NCBI GenBank assembly: GCA_035289625.1 | Contig: DATDWP010000021.1 | Location: forward strand, 16,053-80,052 | Origin: an archaeon | Lineage (GTDB): Archaea; Iainarchaeota; Iainarchaeia; Iainarchaeales; Iainarchaeaceae | Direction of reading: 5' to 3' | DNA length: 64,000 nt | Shown: piece by piece, positions 57,990 through 64,000 of the stretch | Numbering within the stretch: the first letter of the stretch is position 1 | Layout of the letters: every line of letters starts with the position of its first letter | Translations under genes and position numbers: made by a program | The notes under the pieces: generated by a model | Databases searched by the model: none | The model's input: the letters and a program-made list of their open reading frames with translations, nothing else | Told to the model about the DNA's origin: nothing

Positions 57990-59876
57990 ATGGATTACGA
58001 TTACAAATCCCTTGGGCTAAAATGCGGGCTTGAAGTGCACCAACAGCTCGATACCGGAAAATTATTCAGTAGGTCCCCTTCAATATTGCGCGAAGACAAG
58101 ACGGATTTTACAATCAAAAGGTTTTTGCGCCCAGTTGCCTCTGAAACAGGAGAATATGATAGGGCGGCACTAGAAGCCCATTCAAAAGGACTCTTTTACA
58201 ACTACGAAGGCTATCGTGATACTATTTCCCTAGTCGAACTTGACGAAGAGCCCACACAGCCAATTGATGAAGAGGCATTTAGAACCGTTCTTGAAATTGC
58301 ACTCCTCACAAACAGCAACATTGTGGATGAAATGTTTGCCATGAGAAAAATGGTAATCGATGGCTCTAACACATCCGGCTTTCAGCGCACAATGCTTGTT
58401 GCAACAGGCGGACAAATAAAACTAAAAGAAGCTGAACTTGGAGTTCAAACAATTGTAATTGAAGAAGATTCAGCCCGCCCAATTGAAAAAACAGACAAGC
58501 ATATAACCTACAGGCTTGATAGACTTGGAATTCCACTAATCGAACTGGCAACAGCCCCGGATATCAAAACCCCGCAACAGGCAAAAGAAGCGGCACGCGC
58601 CATTGGAAATTTATTCAGAAGAACAGGCAGAGTAAAGCGTGGACTTGGGACAATCCGCCAGGACCTTAACGTCTCAATTTCTGGGGGAGCTCGAGTTGAA
58701 ATTAAAGGAGTGCAAGAACTTGAAATAATCGATGAATATGTAAAAAGGGAAGTGCAGCGCCAGAAATCGCTTCTTGAAATAAAAGAAGAACTTGCAAAAA
58801 GGGGAGCAAAAAAAGAAATTTTAAAATCAACTGCAAAAGACATTACACCACTTTTTAGTTCAACTGAAGCAAAAATAATAAAAAATTCAATTTTACGCAA
58901 CGATAAAATTCTTGCTCTAAAACTTGAAAAATTTGCAGGAATTATAGGAAGGGAAGTGCAGCCAAATAGAAGGCTTGGAACCGAATTTGCCGACCATGTG
59001 AAAACCAAAACCGGGCTAAAGGGCCTATTCCACAGCGATGAACTGCCAAATTATGGAATATCTCAAGAAGAAGTTGGAAAAATAAAATTAGAGCTAGGAT
59101 GCTCATCCGAGGATGCATTTGTAATGGTTGCCGGCGAGCAGCAAAAATGCCAAAACGCCTTGGCAGCGGTTTTGCAAAGGGCAGCCCAGTGCTTTATTGG
59201 TGTTCCGGAAGAAACCCGCGGGGCAATTGATGCAGGAAACTCCGAATACCTAAGGCCACTTCCGGGAGCTGCGCGAATGTATCCTGAAACCGACCTTGAA
59301 ACAATCTGCGTTGAGCAAAAAACACTAAAACAAATAAAATCCTCTCTTCCTCTAACAGAAGACCAAAGATCACAGCTCTACTCAAAATGGGGACTTAACG
59401 AAAACCATATTGAGCAAATGAAACTGAGTAACTTTGCAAGGCTATTTGAGCGCGAAGTAAAGAATGGGGCAGACGCAAAAAAAACAGCGGTATTTTTGCT
59501 AGAAGCTTTAATAGAGGCGCGAAGGGACGGAGCACAAATTGATAATTTGCACGAAAAAGAGCTCTCCGAATTTATTGATGGAATTAAGAGCGGGAAAATA
59601 ACAAAAGAAATACAAAAAGAACTAATAATTGAAAAGAGCGCAAACCATTCACTTGCCATAACGCAATTGCTAAAATCAAAAGGAACCCAGGCAAATTCAA
59701 ATGAGCTGCAAAAAGTAATTGAAAAAATTGTCAATAGCAATATTGCGCTTATAAAAGAGAAGAAAATGGGATCCCTTGCAGCGCTGATGGGGGACTCGAT
59801 GAAAGAATTAAAAGGAAGGGCATCCGGAAAAGAGGTAAGCGAAGAATTAAAGAGGCAAATAGGCAAAATGGTATAA
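57990..59876 (+). CDS. gatE: Glutamyl-tRNA(Gln) amidotransferase subunit E
   Basis: 628 aa. N-terminal LGLKCGLEVHQQL (GatB/E signature), an insertion domain, a C-terminal YqeY-like tail. Archaeal-specific enzyme. Confidence 0.85.
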   Translation: MDYDYKSLGLKCGLEVHQQLDTGKLFSRSPSILREDKTDFTIKRFLRPVASETGEYDRAALEAHSKGLFYNYEGYRDTISLVELDEEPTQPIDEEAFRTVLEIALLTNSNIVDEMFAMRKMVIDGSNTSGFQRTMLVATGGQIKLKEAELGVQTIVIEEDSARPIEKTDKHITYRLDRLGIPLIELATAPDIKTPQQAKEAARAIGNLFRRTGRVKRGLGTIRQDLNVSISGGARVEIKGVQELEIIDEYVKREVQRQKSLLEIKEELAKRGAKKEILKSTAKDITPLFSSTEAKIIKNSILRNDKILALKLEKFAGIIGREVQPNRRLGTEFADHVKTKTGLKGLFHSDELPNYGISQEEVGKIKLELGCSSEDAFVMVAGEQQKCQNALAAVLQRAAQCFIGVPEETRGAIDAGNSEYLRPLPGAARMYPETDLETICVEQKTLKQIKSSLPLTEDQRSQLYSKWGLNENHIEQMKLSNFARLFEREVKNGADAKKTAVFLLEALIEARRDGAQIDNLHEKELSEFIDGIKSGKITKEIQKELIIEKSANHSLAITQLLKSKGTQANSNELQKVIEKIVNSNIALIKEKKMGSLAALMGDSMKELKGRASGKEVSEELKRQIGKMV

Positions 59877-59877
59877 G

Positions 59878-60735
59878 ATGCCAAAAACAATTACCCTAAA
59901 ATCAGTAAAAAAATCCCTACCAAGACGCAATCCACTCTCGCACAAAGGCCAAAATGGCAGGGTTCTTTTAATTGGCGGCTCGCAAGATCTAGTAGGCGCC
60001 CCAGCACTATCTGCCCTAGCAGCGCTTGCAACACTTAGAATTGGTTCAGATCTTTGCACCCTTGCAGCCCCGCAAAAGGTTGGATGGGCAATACACAAAT
60101 ACTCCCCAGATCTTATTGTTAGAAAATTTAGCGGAAAAATATTTACCAAAAAACACCTAAAAGATCTTCTTGCGCTTGAAAAAAACTCTAATGTGACACT
60201 AATCGGCCCAGGAATTGGGAAAAATCGCAAAACCCTCTTTCTTGCACGCAAATTTTGCGAAAAAGCAAAAAACCCGCTTGTAATTGATGCCGATGCAATA
60301 GGCGCGTGCCGCAAAATCCGCTTCAAAACAAAAGCGCTTATCACCCCGCACGCAAAAGAATTTGAACAATTCAGCGGAATTGATATATCAAAAATGAGCT
60401 TAAAAGAAAAAATAAGTTCTGCTAAAAAAGTTGCGGCAAAATCCAATTGTACAATTTTACTAAAAGGGCCAACAGACATTATAACCGACGGAAAAACAAC
60501 CTATTTGAATACAACAGGAAATGCTGCAATGACTATTGGAGGAACCGGGGACATACTTGCAGGAATTTGTGCAGGCCTTATTTCCCAGCGCGCAGATCCA
60601 ATTAGTGCAGCAGGAGCGGGAGCATATGTTAACGGAAAAATCGGAGAAGAGCTTTTTTCAAAATCAGGATATGGCCTAATAGCTTCGGATTTTCTAGCAC
60701 TAATTCCCAAGTGGACAAAAAGAATACTGAAGTGA
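59878..60735 (+). CDS. nnr: ADP-dependent NAD(P)H-hydrate dehydratase (YjeF C-terminal / Nnr family)
   Basis: GGSQDLVGAPALSALAALATLRIGSDL, LIGPGIG, GGTGDILAGI. 285 aa. The start lies 1 nt after the gatE stop. Confidence 0.75.
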   Translation: MPKTITLKSVKKSLPRRNPLSHKGQNGRVLLIGGSQDLVGAPALSALAALATLRIGSDLCTLAAPQKVGWAIHKYSPDLIVRKFSGKIFTKKHLKDLLALEKNSNVTLIGPGIGKNRKTLFLARKFCEKAKNPLVIDADAIGACRKIRFKTKALITPHAKEFEQFSGIDISKMSLKEKISSAKKVAAKSNCTILLKGPTDIITDGKTTYLNTTGNAAMTIGGTGDILAGICAGLISQRADPISAAGAGAYVNGKIGEELFSKSGYGLIASDFLALIPKWTKRILK

Positions 60736-60833
60736 ATTCAGACCAAAACTACAATCCTTCTGCAGAAACCGGCAAAAAGCCCTAAACCCGCAGGACACAT
60801 TAACAGGCCGGGAAATTTTAGTATTGTGAACTC

Positions 60834-61445
60834 TCAGATTTTTGTCCCGAGCACTATAAATGAAATAACCAAAGTAAACACCAATATAACCCCGAGCACA
60901 ATATTTAGCGGAACAAGAACAACTATTAGCCCCTGTGCATCAGTTAGGTTAAATCTTGCCTTCACAAACCTAAACATCAGAACAACCCCATAGAACTGCA
61001 CAAGCACAGATACAATCCATCCAAGCACCGGAACAAGCGCAACAACACCTCGCACAAGAGTAATTGAGCCAAATAGAGAAAGGAGAGCCCCGTTGAAATT
61101 ATTGAGAGAATCCGGCTTATTGCTAAAAAATTTTGCAATAAAAAAATGCAGCGCGCCCCATACATAGCTAATAAGCAAATTCAGAACAAAACCGACCGGA
61201 ATTAGTATCAATGACCCCAAAATTGCCGCCCCTATCAAAAGAAAGGAGCTAAGAAGGCTCTGTGGCGAGAGAACAATCCCCACAATGAGAAATAAAATCA
61301 CTTCAAAAAGAATAAGCGCGGCAACAACAAAAAATGCAAGCGCGTTTGTCTTGATCCCTTCAGCTATCGAAATGTTCTGCCCGGCAAAAGAGTCCATATG
61401 GGTCTTGCCTAAAAAAAGGTCGATCATTTCACGGATGTGCATCAT
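60834..61445 (-). CDS. Polytopic membrane protein (Yip1-like topology), hypothetical
   Basis: 203 aa with 5 hydrophobic helices. Confidence 0.4.
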   Translation of the reverse strand: MMHIREMIDLFLGKTHMDSFAGQNISIAEGIKTNALAFFVVAALILFEVILFLIVGIVLSPQSLLSSFLLIGAAILGSLILIPVGFVLNLLISYVWGALHFFIAKFFSNKPDSLNNFNGALLSLFGSITLVRGVVALVPVLGWIVSVLVQFYGVVLMFRFVKARFNLTDAQGLIVVLVPLNIVLGVILVFTLVISFIVLGTKI

Positions 61446-61564
61446 AACAATCTAAATGACTAAACTGGGAGGTATTTAAATGCTTTACTAAACCCGGCAG
61501 TTCGGATCTTGCGACCAGTGTTTCATAAAAATTATAAACAACCTACCCGCTAAATGTAGCTAGC

Positions 61565-61912
61565 ATGGAAAAAACAAAACTTGTAAAAAAACCTTGGGGA
61601 AAATTCGAAGAATACGCCACCAATAAAAAAGTCACGGTAAAAATCATTACTGTAAAAAAAGCAGGGATACTCTCGCTCCAATCCCACAAGCACCGCGACG
61701 AACTCTGGATAGCACTAGATAGCGGCCTTATTGCAATTGTAAATGGAAGGGAAAAAAAACTAAAAATCGGGCAAACAATACTAATCCCACGCAGATCAAA
61801 ACACCGCGTGAAGGCAACCCGCAACGCGCGCTTTCTTGAAATCTCCTCAGGAAAATTTGATGAAAATGACATTATACGCTACGAGGATGTGTACGGCAGG
61901 GCTAGTAGATAA
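61565..61912 (+). CDS. Cupin of the mannose-6-phosphate isomerase type II C-terminal domain family
   Basis: KPWGKFEEY...VKIITVKKAGILSLQSHKHRDELWIALDSG. 115 aa. Confidence 0.55.
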   Translation: MEKTKLVKKPWGKFEEYATNKKVTVKIITVKKAGILSLQSHKHRDELWIALDSGLIAIVNGREKKLKIGQTILIPRRSKHRVKATRNARFLEISSGKFDENDIIRYEDVYGRASR

Positions 61913-62411
61913 ATATAGCCATATAATCAGTAACCGGCCCTAGAAGAATTATCCTAGAAGGCATACTAAAGGTTGTACTGAAAATTAAAAACCGCAGACC
62001 GCGTGCAAATGATTTTACGCGATAGATTCTTCTAAATAGCAAATAATACCCGATTAGAAGCAAAACCACCCAATGTTCATAGAAAGAAAAATATACCCCT
62101 AAAAATAAAAGCAAGGCAAATTTTGAAAGTGTGAAAAAGAACGCCCTATGAATGCTTGCATGCTTATTACCCGCTAGATGAGTAAGTGATGCATTAATTG
62201 CGGTCCCAATTAAAATCGTTGCAATCACGGCCACAAAATAATAAATCGCCATTAAGATTAGGCGCTCTTTTAGAAAAATAAGCACTAGTTGTGGCCTAGG
62301 ACAACAACAATTAAATAAATACCCCACTCCAAAATGAGTATGATTGCAGATGCTCTTGCATATTTGGGGTTTAGCCCTTCTGAAATAAAGGTATACCTTT
62401 TCCTTGTGCAA
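61902..62411 (-). CDS. Small polytopic membrane protein, hypothetical
   Basis: 169 aa with 4 hydrophobic helices. Overlaps neighbouring ORFs at both ends, so the start is uncertain. Confidence 0.3.
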   Translation of the reverse strand: MHKEKVYLYFRRAKPQICKSICNHTHFGVGYLFNCCCPRPQLVLIFLKERLILMAIYYFVAVIATILIGTAINASLTHLAGNKHASIHRAFFFTLSKFALLLFLGVYFSFYEHWVVLLLIGYYLLFRRIYRVKSFARGLRFLIFSTTFSMPSRIILLGPVTDYMAIFIY

Positions 62412-63074
62412 AAGGGAAGCAGCTATCCAAATGAAATAAGCGCAAATACGTCAGTTAACAGGACAAATGTATATGAAGCTCTAAGCAGGCTTGTTTCAAA
62501 AGGCGTGATATCCTATATAACCCGCAATAAAGTAAAAGTTTTTGAAGCAAAATCCCCGGGCACTCTAAAAATGCTAATAGATGAAAAAAAGAAAGAAGAT
62601 GAAAAAAATACCAAATTAGCACTCAAAGACATTGAAAGATTATCAAAATCACCCCCACATGCAAAAACCAAACTTGACGCAGGAATTTTTATAGGAAGAA
62701 GAGGGATAAAATCACTTTTTGAAGAAATGCTAACTGCAGGAAAACCACTACATTTTTTTGCAGCAGATCTGCAATTCCGCTACTTTTTTGGACCCTATTT
62801 TTCCCAATGGCACAAAAAAAGATCAGAACTAGGAATAGAGCAAAGAACAATTTTCCCAGAAACCGTGAGAAAGAAAACCTGGGCAATGCCTCTTTGGAAA
62901 AGAAAATTCATCCCAAAAGAATACGCAAACCCCACAACAACCATAATCTATGGAGATACCTGCATTTTTGTGCAATGGCTCGGAGAGCCTTTAGCAATAA
63001 AAATAGAAAATCCCGGAATTGCAAAATCGCATTTGAACTACTTTAACCTTTTGTGGAAAATTGCAAAGAACTAG
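62340..63074 (+). CDS. TrmB-like winged-helix transcriptional regulator
   Basis: N-terminal LGFSPSEIKVYLFLVQKGSSYPNEISANTSVNRTNVYEALSRLVSKGVI. 244 aa from ATG 62340. Confidence 0.5.
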   Translation: MIADALAYLGFSPSEIKVYLFLVQKGSSYPNEISANTSVNRTNVYEALSRLVSKGVISYITRNKVKVFEAKSPGTLKMLIDEKKKEDEKNTKLALKDIERLSKSPPHAKTKLDAGIFIGRRGIKSLFEEMLTAGKPLHFFAADLQFRYFFGPYFSQWHKKRSELGIEQRTIFPETVRKKTWAMPLWKRKFIPKEYANPTTTIIYGDTCIFVQWLGEPLAIKIENPGIAKSHLNYFNLLWKIAKN

Positions 63075-63094
63075 AACCTAAATCATTCACCCTA

Positions 63095-64000
63095 CTAAAG
63101 TAAAATTTCTCGTTCATCATAATAAAGTGGTTTAGATCCGTAATGTAACCAACTATTTATTTTATAGAAATAGTTTTTTGTCAAATTTAATTTTTTAAAA
63201 ATCCTTCGCCTTCCAAGACCACTCTCATGCATTTTTATTACCAGATCATATATCTCCCATTCTTTTTTCAGATTTGATATATTATTGGAAAAATAATATG
63301 CTGAAGAAGTAAACTTCTGCTGTTTTTGATCGGCATATATGAATGGAATTTCCTTGAATAAACGCATAATATTTGGACTATGAGAATTAATTGAAAAATA
63401 AAGTTTTTTTGAAAAAGAACCGTCTTTTCTTATTGTTTTGTAACTATTATCCACGGTAACATTTGAAGTGCATATTCCAAACGCCCAAAGTAAATTTTTA
63501 ATTTGTTCTAAGAATTGTTTCAAAGAAGATTCTTCACTCTCAATTTTATGCAATCCGAAGCTAGAAGCGTCAAATGCATTTTTAGCCCTTAATTTTGAAT
63601 ACTTCAATTCATTACCTAACAACACCCCAAGAAAAGTACGCTTTATTTCTTCGTCACCTTCCATTATCCAATTTGGAACTTTCATCGCAGTAGCAACTTT
63701 ATCCCCACATGGAACTCCAGCCAAGTGTAATAACCGTGAAAGAGGACTATTACTTACCTCTAATCTCCAACATGACCCCTTCACTACCTGGGAGTAAACT
63801 TTGTCTTTTTTAACTTTCTTTATTATACCCTCGCTGTGATGATGTTTAATTTTTGTGGAAATCCCATAAAGATTAAATATTTTTGACCTAATTTTTTCTA
63901 AATCGTGCTTTTGACCAAATAAAGTAAATCCACCTAAATGTTTCATTAAATGCCCATCGCCAAATAAAAAAGCCACAAGTTCAGTAAAAAGAATAAACTC
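63095..64000 (-). CDS. LAGLIDADG-like endonuclease candidate; the frame stays open to the window edge, so the N-terminus may lie beyond it
   Basis: First motif (E)LVAFLFGDGHL, second motif-like FLGVLLGNELKYS about 105 aa later, basic/aromatic C-terminal part. The ORF-track M at 63976 is a GTG. Confidence 0.35.
   Translation of the reverse strand, partial: EFILFTELVAFLFGDGHLMKHLGGFTLFGQKHDLEKIRSKIFNLYGISTKIKHHHSEGIIKKVKKDKVYSQVVKGSCWRLEVSNSPLSRLLHLAGVPCGDKVATAMKVPNWIMEGDEEIKRTFLGVLLGNELKYSKLRAKNAFDASSFGLHKIESEESSLKQFLEQIKNLLWAFGICTSNVTVDNSYKTIRKDGSFSKKLYFSINSHSPNIMRLFKEIPFIYADQKQQKFTSSAYYFSNNISNLKKEWEIYDLVIKMHESGLGRRRIFKKLNLTKNYFYKINSWLHYGSKPLYYDEREILL

Noticed and set aside
1-64000. CRISPR arrays, rRNA genes, IS elements or integrases
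   Set aside because: No regularly spaced direct repeats, no rRNA-like conserved stretches and no transposase- or integrase-like translations were seen anywhere in the window.

Overview
AT-rich (about 35-40% GC by eye), densely coding 64-kb window with no rRNA, CRISPR array, transposase or integrase. The lineage looks archaeal, and the small fused genes suggest a DPANN-like small-genome archaeon. Archaeal markers are GatD/GatE, an ATP-dependent DNA ligase, a HemK/Mtq2-type NPPY methyltransferase, a Pus7/TruD pseudouridine synthase, a UbiA (DGGGP-synthase-like) prenyltransferase, an MIP aquaporin, tandem Lrp/AsnC regulators and two intron-containing tRNA genes. Bacterial-type genes are mixed in: a uvrB-X-uvrA-uvrC operon, MscL, MscS, a Cu+ P-type ATPase, an ABC-F-like ATPase and a class I FBPase. 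The most unusual region is a roughly 9-kb minus-strand operon (5108-13957) of cell-envelope glycosylation-type enzymes with three atypical domain fusions, read directly from the ORF translations: a GtrA-like segment plus polytopic membrane domain plus P-loop kinase (825 aa); two sugar-phosphate nucleotidyltransferase domains plus a GT2 glycosyltransferase (749 aa); and a class II aldolase/epimerase-like protein with a C-terminal extension. A glycerophosphodiester-phosphodiesterase-like gene, a HAD phosphatase and a large GT-C-like membrane protein complete it. This is the best candidate for an undescribed system. Other candidates are a translationally coupled unknown / PIN-like / GNAT trio (23074-24787), a KaiC-like ATPase with a V4R-like partner (35958-37835), a methyltransferase-like ORF inside the uvr operon, a DUF4258-like / Zn-ribbon-AbrB toxin-antitoxin pair, three asparaginase-fold paralogues around gatD/gatE, and a LAGLIDADG-like ORF running off the window end. 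All functional calls come from motifs read in the supplied translations; no database search was possible.
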